Shown here piece after piece: positions 26,117 to 36,940 of a stretch of DNA of 41,157 nt (position 1 is the stretch's first letter; each line of letters starts with the position of its first letter). The notes beneath the pieces are model-generated. The model ran no database searches and had not been told where the DNA came from. It saw only the letters and a program-made list of their open reading frames with translations. Made by a program: the position numbers and the translations under genes. Source of the DNA: Catajapyx aquilonaris (Eukaryota); the NCBI GenBank assembly GCA_000934665.2, contig KZ538040.1, forward strand, positions 124,001 through 165,157, written 5' to 3'.

Positions 26117-26879
26117 CAACAAAGTGAAACATCCCACACCTTCCATTCGCGCGACCTGTCTTCAAAGTTGATGCTTGTCATTTTGTGAGATCCGCCCCGA
26201 GAGATTGCTGGCAACCCAATCCTTCCTGTGGTTCATCGGTCTCCTGTGAAGCTCGACGACATGTCTGCGACCATCCGTCGTTTCTTGCCTCCAACCCTCT
26301 CTCTCTCCTGCTCATTATCCTCCAGCCCTTGTTCCTAACCCCCATCCTATTTTTGGCTGCGTCTCCGCCTTTATTACTATGCACACTCACATGCTGATAA
26401 GGATCTGGCTACATGCAGGGGGAGACCATTTTTTTCTCTCTCTCTAAAGTTTCTCCAAGGGAAGACGCCTTTTCCGGAGCCTACTTGGGCGTATCGCATT
26501 TTAGAGGGTTCCAAACTACCTCTTGACATGTTTGGAAGCCGGATTTCACGCCTCACTTGCTCACTATTTTTCTCGTCCGCCATTTTATGGAGATTGCCCG
26601 CATCCAAAATGGCCGACCGTCCAAACAAACCCAAGTTAATCTGTTGGTGTAACAGCAAGGAACGCTCCTTGGCCAAGATTTGCATACATTTTGGAGGGTG
26701 CCAACAATGCATCTTCTCTAAAAGTCAGCATTGCACATTCCCCCTTCCCTGTATCCGCTCTGGGTATGGACATAAAGGCTTTGCACCACCCCTCGGACGA
26801 ATATATCAAGTAGAGGAAGAGCTGAATCGGATTTTTGTGCATAATGATGATTTGTTGCTTTGTTTCCTCTTTTTCGCAG

Positions 26880-26927
26880 CCGAGAGGGAAGCTGTGAAGA
26901 TATACGGGGCGGAACCAGCAGAGGAGG
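26880..26927 (+). CDS. unc-5: Candidate 48-nt micro-exon of the UNC-5 gene (juxtamembrane linker after TSR2)
   Basis: Strong polypyrimidine acceptor (tttgtttcctctttttcgcag|) and consensus donor (|gtgagt). 48 nt, phase 1-1, open in frame after TSR2: AEREAVKIYGAEPAEE. Purine-rich, enhancer-like exon body. Confidence 0.72.
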
Positions 26928-27009
26928 GTGAGTACAAATATTACGACTTATTCTACTCGTTCTATTGTAATCCTTCTTAGGATGATGTACGCTCCAAAAA
27001 TTTGTAGCT

Positions 27010-27123
27010 AAAACTCCAACTGTCGTCATCTTGCCAAAATCGAGTTTTTCCGCCATGTTGACAAACACCTGCTCATTTTGGAGCATGCTGATTGTTACTG
27101 GCTAAAAAAACTATGGCTAGTAC
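27010..27123 (+). repeat. Single-unit homologue of the end of the 23.9-24.5 kb array
   Basis: aactgtcgtcatcttgccaaaatc...gccatgttgacaaacac..ctgctcatt..ttggagc..gattgttactg.ct..aaaaaactat.gct matches about 24345-24460. Confidence 0.8.
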
Positions 27124-28205
27124 CTCATTCCTGTTGAGGTGTCAACAATGTAGGATTTGAACGAGGTGGAGAATGTTGTGCAAATTGCGTCGAAAAAATT
27201 AGCGTTCCAGAATTTTTGTGTAGTGTTGAAGCACCTAGTGTGTAGAAAAAAACAGTACACGCGACCACCTTCCTGGTCTTAAAGCAAGACGAAAGTGTTT
27301 CCAGGCGACGTGGAATTGCCAAGCCCACGAAGAAATTGGCCGCCAACAACCTTCAGTTTTTTTTGCTGCCTTTCCAAACTAAGAAACGGCCCTAATGTTG
27401 ACAGGACCAGAACGCTTTTGATGGTGGTAAAGCACCCCTTCCATGCCCCTAGAACTACAGGGTGTGCCAAGTTGATATTGAAAAAAAAGCTTCGAATTTG
27501 TCCATTGCCATATCCTACTTGAGCCATGAACCACCCAGTGTATGGTTCCAAAACAGGGGCGTTTGCAATGGGAGGTTATAAATTCATATCTCTGGAAGGA
27601 TTCCAGCAGCAGAATCACAAGTTTTCTCCAGACTCCAGCAGAGGAAGGAATGTTTCTTTTCTTCCGGATTTTCTCTCCCATGCCATCTACATCATTCTGG
27701 CGGATGTTTCAATTCGACGAAGAATTCCTCTCTGGCTCGGAAAGGAATAGTTTTGTAGTGTCATGTCCTATCCACACTTATCGTCCCCCCCCCCCCCTTC
27801 TTTTAAGTATATGGAGAGAAGGGGACGACACGATCGAAAAGGGCAATTTAGTCATAACGTCAAAGTCCACGTTCCATAACTCTCTTTTTTTTGGGGGGGG
27901 GGAGGGGGGGTCCCTCGCCCTCCCTATCCCAGCAAAGACTCTCTGCTCAGGACGGCTTTTAATCCGGGGAGGATAATTTCATTATGTTCGTTCGTTTGGA
28001 AGAAACCCCCCTCGGCCATCACTCTGGATTCCCCCCTTGTCTGTGAAAGTTGCTGGAATGACGTGGAAATTGAAACGGATGAAGAAAAATGGGGGCACGT
28101 CACACTGAATGTCACGTTCCGTCACGCCAGTCTCAAAAATGTGTAGTTAGAGAGAGAGAGAAATTTTCAACTGAAACGATGGAAAAATATTGAGTAAATT
28201 TGTCG

Positions 28206-28454
28206 TTTTAGACTTTTCTCCTCAATGAAGGTCTCATAGAACGGCGCTGTCCGTCCGTCCGTCTGTGGACAGGTATCAGGGCATAAACCGCTAAAGACAG
28301 CGACAAACGGTTTTCGAATTCGGATTCAGCGGATCCTAAATAGGTTTTTTGGTCAACTTCCAGTCTACATGATTTATAAATTATTTTCCTTAGGTTACTT
28401 GGCAATGCGAAAACGTCTACTCGAATCACACAGGCGTGATTTGCCAATCTTGTT
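28206..28454 (+). mobile_element. DINE-1/HINE-like non-autonomous Helentron-type element, copy 1
   Basis: 5' tagactttt subterminal repeat with a nearby partial inverted copy (aaggtct). (GTCC)n-GTCT microsatellite. 3' inverted aaaacgtcta, stem-loop aatcac-acaggc-gtgatt, and end cttgtt. T-rich flanks. Confidence 0.7.
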
Positions 28455-28505
28455 TACTTTTTTTTATAAAAAAGGTGGGAATATGATATTTGAAAAATTG
28501 AGTAG

Positions 28506-28640
28506 TGGCAACGTGGCGGCCATTTTGTCACATAAATCCGCCTCAATCGTAGCGTTGGAAATAAGTGCAGAGACATCCAGTCTAACCAGCAGATATCAGT
28601 GGGTAATGCTAACCGTGCAAGCTGAACTCGTTAAAAATTC
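28506..28640 (+). mobile_element. MITE family X, copy B (degenerate, no insert)
   Basis: tggcaacgt..ggccattttgt..cgtagcgttggaaataagtgcag...taatgctaaccgtgcaagctg..ctcgttaaaaattc. Confidence 0.65.
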
Positions 28641-29566
28641 ATCTATCCATTGAAGTTTGGCTCGTAAATGGATGACCTCAAGACTGGGGGCCATAGTTCA
28701 AGGCTGCTGCTGCTGCTTCCCATCTTGAAAGTTCGTCCCATTCATTCTTCCTTCAAATCTTGCCATCTGGGCCCGGGATCATCGCCCAGCCCTAAGAAGA
28801 AAAAAAAACCGTTCCCCCCGATTTAACGAGGGTTAAAATGGCCGCCCTTGGCAATTCACACTCCCCTTTTGTGTGCGAAAATTGTGCCCTCCAGATTAGA
28901 AAAGGAGGAGAATGACATTAGTCACGGTTTAACCGAATTAGTGACTAAATCTGGCCACCGGGTTTGATATGGCTGACTCAAAAAAAAAATGGCGGGGTTT
29001 TTCGGAGGGGAAGGGGAAACACTTGTCAGTCTGATCACGCCCAAATTTTCTTCCCCTCCAAGTTGCGCAAATTGCTCTGATTAATCCTCATCTTAGAGGG
29101 TGGCTGGAGGGTTTTTGAAAGCTCCGATTTCCAGACAGCGTGGTACACTTGCTCCACGTGGCTTAATGGCTGCCGTACTGTGGTACGTGCCTAAGTCCTC
29201 CAGGGGGGGGGCAGCACCCTCAGAATGCGAGTAGCATTTTATTTTGGCGTCTCGTCGAGTGGGAGCTCTCTGGGAATTTCAGGGGATGTACAAACATTCG
29301 GGAGTGCTAACCTGCTCCGGTTACTTGGGGTGTTCCATAGGCCTCCAGGCGACGAGCGGAGCTTTATTTTGGCGCCCAATTTGGGATCGGGCTTGATTTA
29401 GAACCTGGAGGGATTTGGAAGATGAAAGGGGGAACGAGCTGTTCGTGTAGTACCATATTCCTCACGTAGATGGCGAGCCTGCTACTCTCAGGCTCATGTC
29501 AAGTTCGTCGCAGTCCAACGAACGTTATGGTGGCTTTGCCTATGCCACGAACACCCCGGAATTCAC

Positions 29567-29861
29567 TTTAGACTTTTTATCATCGGAAAAAGTATTTGAA
29601 CGGGTCTGTGGACAGGTATCAGGGCCCAAGCAGCAAGAGATAGCGACGAACGGTTTTCGGATTCGAATTTAATGGACCTAAATAGATTCAAAGGTCAACC
29701 GGTCTATCCTCCAGGATCAAATCTACATGGTTTAAAAATGATTTTTCTAAGGTGACTTAGCAACTGGAAATGAGACTGACAACATTCTATGTCATTGTTG
29801 TCCAACTTGAATTTGAGAAATATCTACTCGAATCACTCTCGCATGATTTGCTAATCTTGTT
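29567..29861 (+). mobile_element. DINE-1/HINE-like element, copy 2
   Basis: Colinear with 28206-28454: tttagactttt, gtctgtggacaggtatcagggc, cggttttcg.attcg, tctacatg, tctactcgaatcac, tgatttgc.aatcttgtttactt. Confidence 0.7.
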
Positions 29862-30699
29862 TACTTCCGTATATGCACCTATCTGATGACTCACCCCGGA
29901 CAGCGTCACAGCAGACTCAAACCAATATTCTATATCTCGTTTCCACCCACTGGCAATTCCTCCACACACTTTGCATAGTGTATAGCCTGCATTATATGTT
30001 GAACAAATAGCGCTGTATGTATGGGATTAACGCCTTTGATTATTGACAATACCACAGTGGCTATTATTTAGCGCAGCGATTTATGAAAATAGAGTTCCCG
30101 CTGACCCGAGCTGATCCTGTTGATTCAATCATAAAACCGCGTGCCATATGTATAATTTCGAGCAAACAAATGGCACTTACGCTATAGGCCAAAACTGGAA
30201 CCAATTTTTAGGAGAGAGAGTCACAAGTCGGCTTATGGCGCCTTTTCTAGAGCGCCATAAGGAGCAATAGAAGGGTCCAGTCCTATATGCAATGTCCTGA
30301 GGGATAATCCCATACGAAGAGGCGCCTGAAAAGCCCCTCATCATCATGTGCCAAAGGGAACCTACCCAAAATCCGTTCCCTGACTGAATCACCTCCCCCC
30401 ATTTCCCTGATAATTGACAGGTGGTCCTCCTGGGACCATGGCCGGACACAAGTCCTCATCAGGAGCTTTGTGGGGATAAGGGCTGAGGAGTACAAGAGGA
30501 CTGCATTGTTGAGGCCGTGAACATCTTTTCTGTGGAAGGACTTGGTCGCCTTGACGACTGATGATGAACAAGTTCTTGTCCAATTTTTTTTTTTGTCCAA
30601 ATGGAATTCGCATGGGGAATTCAGAACAGTTCATTTGATGGTCTGAAAAGTCACGTCAAATCTAAGGGAAGTACTTGAATGTAGTCGGAAATGTCACTA

Positions 30700-31029
30700 C
30701 TATTATGCGATTCACGAGTCCTGGCCTGTTAGGCTCCACCCACCTCCTCCCAACGTCAGCGGCGGAAGAAATCAGACCTGGAATGCTCGTGATTCTCGCG
30801 AGTAGGAGCCATTGGTTCGGGGTTCGGTCTCAACAAGGGATAGGTGGTTCGTTGTATTTCCAGGCCTTGTTGTCTCCCCCCAATGCGATCCACTGCTGCC
30901 AAGTGCTCTCCCCCATCCTCCTGGCAGGCGTGTGAGGCCATGGCGGACGCGGACGTGGCAACCTCGCCTTCAGGGGGCGGAGGACGGGGGAGGAGCCTAA
31001 CAGGCCAGGACTCGTGAATCGCATAATAG
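30700..31029. mobile_element. MITE with 38-bp perfect terminal inverted repeats
   Basis: ctattatgcgattcacgagtcctggcctgttaggctcc / ggagcctaacaggccaggactcgtgaatcgcataatag. A TA at each end could be a TSD. GC-rich, non-coding interior. Confidence 0.85.
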
Positions 31030-31791
31030 GTGGCACACGTTGGTGATGAGTCACAGTGGACAGAAACTAGTCTGTACAACACTACTGGGGAGCACTTCAT
31101 CATCTCCTAGTGTTAATTGCAATATAAAAATCTGATGTCTCGCAAATTGTCCTCAGACACGACACCCAAAGTAAGCTTCAAGTTCATGATCACAGATCAT
31201 TGTGTGCGGGCTATTCTTGCTTCTACGACCCCCTCCTTACCCATCAATCAGTGTCACACGAGGCCTTCCATTATGCGCGCATGTCCGATCTGTGAAATAG
31301 ATCACTGCTTTTGACAAATGGGCAGGCCTTGTTTCAGCAGCACCGTCGCCAACAGGGGCCCCCATAGCTCCTTTGGAACCTTCCAAATGGGCGTCTGACT
31401 TCACCACTCGGCGGTCCGTATTAATTTCAACCGACCTCCAAAAATTCTTATCTCGCGTGAAGTTTATCGCTTCGACCATTTCTTAACCGGTGCGTAATGT
31501 ATACTTCCTGACAAGTCCACTTTTCTACCGATTTTTTTTGCGTGTACGTGTGCAATGTACGTGTGTGTGTGGACTCGCCTCCAAACGTTGATAGAAATTA
31601 GCTGGCCTGCTCAGATGGCTTGATAAAGATTGGTTGGTGTGTGGTCATGCTCAGTTAGTTTTAAGAGTTACGCTCAATGCACTTAGGGTAATTAATAATA
31701 AACATATTACGTTACTTATATCGTGTAATCTTACGCAGGTTACAGATAAAATAATTATTTACTGTACGTTCGAAAAGTATATGTATACATA

Positions 31792-32496
31792 TGATTTTTT
31801 TTTACAAACTCAACCGAGTGCGCACCCACATTCGGGCAGCTCCATTGTTCTGACAGCAACGTTGCCAGAGTTACTCCCCAGGGGCCAAATATTTCCTAAA
31901 TAAACACGTACAGTACATAGATGAATATACAAAAGCCCACGGGATTACATGCAAAAGAACAAGAAATCGCTAAAATATGGAGCAGCCCAACACATAGAGC
32001 CTTGGCAACGTCGCAAACGTCGGCCATATTGTTCTCCCCTCCAATGGTAACGTTGGAAATAAGTGCAGCGCTTATTTACAAGTGCACCCACCATATACAG
32101 AGAGCCATGGTCTTAGAATACTAATAAGGTCTGGACACTCCCTCTTATCGCATGCATGAGGTGCTCACTTGAGAGCGCCATGAGACAGCTTTTCATTGCG
32201 CTATTATGTGGCGACCCTACCGGACTACGCTGAACTAAGGTAGAAGAGAAGCCGCTTCCCTTTTGTACCTATAAAGTTCAGCGTAGTCCGGTAGGATCGC
32301 CACATAATAGCGCACTGAATGGTCTCATGGCGCTCTCAGGTGAGCACCTCATGCAAAATGCCCCGGCAGGCGATAAGATAATATTGTAGGGGAAGTGTCC
32401 GGGGGCTGCAGAGAGCTTACCAGATCATTGATAATGCCAACCCTGCAAGCTGCGCGAACTGTGGTGCGCACTCGGTTGCGCTCGTAAGAAAATTCA
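31792..32496 (+). mobile_element. MITE family X, copy C (full length with TIRs, two internal insertions)
   Basis: Perfect 16-bp inverted repeat caaccgagtgcgcacc (31811-31826) / ggtgcgcactcggttg (32463-32478) inside longer imperfect TIRs. Core matches copy A. Confidence 0.8.
32106..32408. mobile_element. Palindromic insertion flanked by the 8-bp direct repeat cagagagc
   Basis: cagagagc at 32098-32105 and 32409-32416. Arms of about 85 bp, tgcatgaggtgctcac...ccggactacgctgaact / agttcagcgtagtccgg...gtgagcacctcatgca. CA...TG ends. Confidence 0.8.
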
Positions 32497-35076
32497 ACTA
32501 CAGTATAAAAATTGTGGTATTTTACTATAGCAATTAGTGCGTCGGTTTACTGTAATTGCAGCTGTAACTGCAGGGCATTTTCAACACCGAGGGATTGTTA
32601 CGGATCTGCGTGGGGGTTTTACGTTCAGGACTTCCCCGCGTAATCCGGTTAAGTCCCGGCTGGTAATCCGCAAAGAATGGACTTGCAAGATTATAATTGG
32701 CAAAATTGGCCGAGTTCCACGGTTGCCACCAGAAGGCAAGGGATTTTCCCTCGTACAATCCCGGACTTTTTTTTTTTTCTCCGGATTCTCTCTCCGGCTC
32801 TCCCCCCTCTATATACCCAGCTCCCAGAAGAGGAATTGGCGGGCAACTCTTAGCGGAATCCCCACAACACCAACATGGCTCCCGGGAGATTTGTCCTTCC
32901 GGCTAATTCAATCAGGCCACCTAAATGCCCCCCCTCCCCGCAAGCTGAAAATTTATTACATGCAAATGCCGGATTTACACATGTCCTGACTCCAAGAGAG
33001 AGGGGCCGAGGCATATATAGGTCTCGGTTGTGTAGCTTTGCTTCAGTAATTGGATTTTGGCGAATTGTCCCCCCCCCCACCCCTCAAAAAAAAAGTATTA
33101 ATACTTCGGGTTAAGGGAAACGTGGGGGGAAAGTGCGGGTATTAGTGCTAATGTAATCGCGAATGAAGTGGAAACTTTGCAGGCGCAAAATAAACGCGGG
33201 GTGGGGGTGCGGTGGGGGTGGAAACGAGTACAAAACGCAAATTTGCGAGTGTGTAAACCCTTTTCAGCTAAATGGCTCTTTTGTAAACATACGCTGGAAG
33301 GTTGTGCCATTTGGACTCCAGAATTTCAGTTGGAACTGCGAATGGACAGGTACTAACTGCAAAGTCAATACACTTCAAATAAATAAATGCATGAATGGTT
33401 GAATGGAGGAAAGAATGAGTGAGTGAGTACATGAATGAATGAATCATGAGTGAATATACTATTAATGAATGAATACATAATTAAATGAAAGAATAAATGA
33501 GTTTCACTTTTTAGTGTAAAATTATTAGGAAGAACTTCCACTAAAAATTTATCGTTCTACGCAACAAGATGAATCCTGGAAGGGATCCTTTCGTACGGGG
33601 CGCATTTCCCATGTGAAAGAGATGTTGAATCGCGGTGGATTACCTTCCTGAAGCCATTGTTTTGTCACCGCCGCTGCAGTACAAGACTCATGAAGAGAAG
33701 GAGGATTTTTCTCTCCAACAGGTTCTACCGGACGAGATTTGTTTCATAACTCATTTTCACGCCAAAGGCAGCTTGCAGGAGACGCCTTAACGATATATCC
33801 CCCCACTTCTTCTTTTTCTCTCTCTCTTTCGTCCTTACCCTTTTCCTTTTAATGGACGTCATCCGCAGCGTACACCTCCAGCAGTTGCAGGACCGAAAAA
33901 AAAACACTGAAAGAAAACGTTGATATCCTGCTGCGACTCGGATACAAAGGAAATGTGTCATCGGACGTAATTTTTGTCATTTTTTTGGAGAGCCTAAGGG
34001 GGCACCGTCCTTCATTAAAAGCTGGAAAAGAAACTGCCCCATTAATATTGCTCGGCCAACAAATCGCTTTTTCCTCATTTCTTCATCTCCTTTTTTTCTG
34101 TGATTAATAGTACCCCGGTGTTAAAACACGGGTTCTAAGCACGGCTGTAGAATAAAGTCAGGGTTTTTTTTCTCTTTCTAATGGTAAGATATTAATTGTT
34201 GTCTTCCCTTGTATGTGTGACTTGCAGCTAATGAAACGGAATATTTTTTGTGTGAAGCCAGCTGCTTGCTTGTTTATCTCCAAGAGTTGCTTTAGTCACG
34301 TCCTTTATTTCACACATGTCGACAAGTTGCACTTTGAGGAAAAGGGTGCATTTGTCAAGTTCCACTTTAGCTTGATTAATGCTCAGTATAGGCCAAGTGC
34401 ACCCAACTTTTAATGGGAAAAAAATATTGGAAAAAACCACTTTAATATTTTTTTTTTGTAGAAGATATCCAGAATGCAGTGATTTTTTTTATAGGAGGAA
34501 GCCAGTTTTAAAGGCACGTGTTGACCTCAAAAAGTATAGGCATATTTGTGTCTCCGGTAATTAGTTGCAGAGTAATCAGTCGCTTGAGAAGGTGGTAATA
34601 AGGAGGTGGGTGAGTCCTTCCCAGTTTTTTTTACAATTTTAACTGGAGTTTCTTGCGCTAATAAGGAGCCCCAACCTTTTTAGGTCCGTGAACCTAATTG
34701 CTTCCAGTAATGACGCTGTCGTGTCATGCTAATTATCCTATGGCGTGGGTAAGAAAATGTCAACAGCACATTTTCGGATGAGTTTTGGCTAATTAATACC
34801 GCCCTGCAAGGCGCCTTTTCTGCATGATTCGTCTAGTTATTATTGCACGTATGCAACCAGTGCCGTGTAATTATTCGGTTCCAAAATTGGGGAGGCCACG
34901 GTCTATTTTTGCTCCCAAAAAAATTTGAGTTATAAGGAAAGGAGGTGCAGTAAATGTCACCGTGGCAGTGCTGGAGACTCAACTTATGTGTTGCAAACAT
35001 GTGTGTATTTTTCGATGCTCCATTGAAGCTGTCTACAAGTAGTACCTCCTAGTGTAAAAGTTTGTGCAAGAAATTG

Positions 35077-35333
35077 TACACCCTCTAAAATATTCAGAGT
35101 GAAAACTTCACTCAAAAATGAGCACTTTCTTGAAATGATATGTTTCAGTGAATTTCACTCCGCAAAAAAGATGTACTTTAACTCGAATTGAGTTAAATTA
35201 TCACTAAGTTCTATTGAAAATATCTCACTGGTTCCCACTCAAAAAATAGTGGGAATCAATAGAGGTTGTAGAAGAAATATTGAAAAATCAGTCAAATTGA
35301 GTGGAAACCACTAAGAAAATTTTAAGAGTTGAG
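35077..35333. mobile_element. Degenerate MITE with imperfect long TIRs
   Basis: caccctctaaaatattcagagtg...cactcaa versus ttgagtg...cactaagaaaattttaagag. Internal cactc/gagtg motifs recur. Confidence 0.45.
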
Positions 35334-36509
35334 AGAATTTTTCACAATTAGTTCAGATCCAAAGTTGCGATTTTCTCTACATTAACCTGTGGAATAAATA
35401 AATATAACAAATTTAATCGGATCAAGCTAGTTTTTTGCAGCAAAATGTTCAGTTGTAATTTAAATATTAAGTTGATTTTGAAAGGTTTTGCAATTGAGTT
35501 GTTGAAATAATTGTCAAAATCCGCATTTTTAAAATTCGCTGTTAATAGTCTATTTCTAATTAATTTTATGATCTAGTTTGGTGGGACACTTCGTCAAAAA
35601 TTTTTTGCTAAATTTTGCACTGTCAAAATGTGTAACTTAACACCACCTGCGACTTTTTTTAAAAAAGCAGCTATTGCGTTCATTTCTGTCCAACTTTTAA
35701 ATTGACAGATTTGCAAACCAGTAATGACAGTAAGCCACATCCTGGGTGTATTTTGAAAGGCGTGTCAGTTTGCGAAACAAGTCTGGCAGGGTGTGTGTGT
35801 GTATGTGTGCTGATGGTGAGAGAGAGGGGGTAGTGAGCAAATTCGCAACTTTGTCGGCTCGCAATTTTCCGCCCACTTGACACCGTCCCGTAATTAACCC
35901 ACGCTATTCAGTAACCGTCCTTACAAAACTTCACGCCCGGCTCGTAAAGTTTCAAAGTGTCCAGGTAGCTGTAAACAGGACTGAGGGAGGGAGAGGAGGA
36001 GGGGGGTGAGTTTGCAGCAAGTCTCCTCGAGTTTCTGTCCGACATCAAAGGGAATTTTGCGACCGTGTATAGCAATCCAAAAACCGCAGCTAAATTCCGT
36101 CCCACTCTTGGTCCTTATGGCGACGAAGGACTCTAACCACCGGATTTTTCAAAAAGCACATATTGGAGTGTGGTACACTCTCCAAGTATACCAAGTGTTG
36201 CTTCAAACTGATTATTGAGACAAACTATATGGACCACCCTGTATATCTTTTCCTTCCCCTTCTGAATTACTAAGATATTGCAGCTTGTATAAGAGGACAA
36301 GTGTGCCAAATGACTTGTGTCCCCCCTCACTGCAGCGGTCCTGTTTTTTGGGAACATATTTTGAGGGTAAGCTGGTTCTAATGAGGGTTGTGGTGAGAGA
36401 AAAAATCGGTTGGGAGAAAATGGAATTTTTAATGTTGTCTGGGGCTCAAGCTGCTAGGCTTGTAATTTTATTAAAATATGGGCCTAAATCGATCGGACGG
36501 AAAGCTCTG

Positions 36510-36798
36510 GAGAATACTATAGTCGAAGGGCATTTTACTTGAGAGTGGTGTATGAAGAAAATGGGGGCACTGAGCACGTACAGGAAATTTCCAGTTGAAA
36601 TGTCCAGGGTTGGCATATACCCTGCGCCATGTTTGGTCCAGCAAAAATGGCTCCTTTTTTGTTGGACCAAACATGTCGATCTCCTGCAGGGCATGCCAAC
36701 TCTGCCACATTTCAACTGGAAATTTCCTGTACGTGCTCAGTGCCCCCATTTTCTTCATCCACCTCTCAAGTAAAATGTCCTTCGACTACAGTATTCTC
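36510..36798. mobile_element. Large fold-back palindrome (arms about 140 bp, short loop)
   Basis: gagaatactatagtcgaagggcattttacttgagag...atgaagaaaatgggggcactgagcacgtacaggaaatttccagttgaaatgt...catgtttggtccagcaaaaa is mirrored to ...ccttcgactacagtattctc. Confidence 0.9.
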
Positions 36799-36838
36799 TT
36801 GACGTCCAACCAATAGTATTGATTGTGCAAATATATTG

Positions 36839-36940
36839 TTACTTGAGAGGTAGTGATAAATAAAATGGGCCACTGAGCACGTTCAGGAAATTTCCAGTTG
36901 AAATGTGCACAGTTGGCATTGTCGCCATTGTTGGTCCAAG
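36839..36940 (+). repeat. Third, diverged copy of the fold-back arm
   Basis: ttacttgagag..tg...aaaatggg.cactgagcacgt.caggaaatttccagttgaaatgt...gttggcat...ttggtcca. Confidence 0.8.

Larger units (their letters stand above)
20245..26879 (+). other. GT-AG intron (6,635 bp) between the TSR2 exon and the candidate micro-exon
   Basis: gtaagg...ttttcgcag boundaries. Depends on the micro-exon call. Confidence 0.68.

Noticed and set aside
26528..26980. 150-aa ORF as a stand-alone gene
   Set aside because: No recognisable domain. Only the 48-nt segment has splice signals. Likewise ORF 20016..20285 is an exon plus intronic read-through.
36446..36816. Opposite-strand ORFs with the identical start MKKMGALSTYRKFPVEM
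   Set aside because: Artefact of the palindrome. The same applies to the IMRFTSPGLLGS ORFs at 30675-31054.
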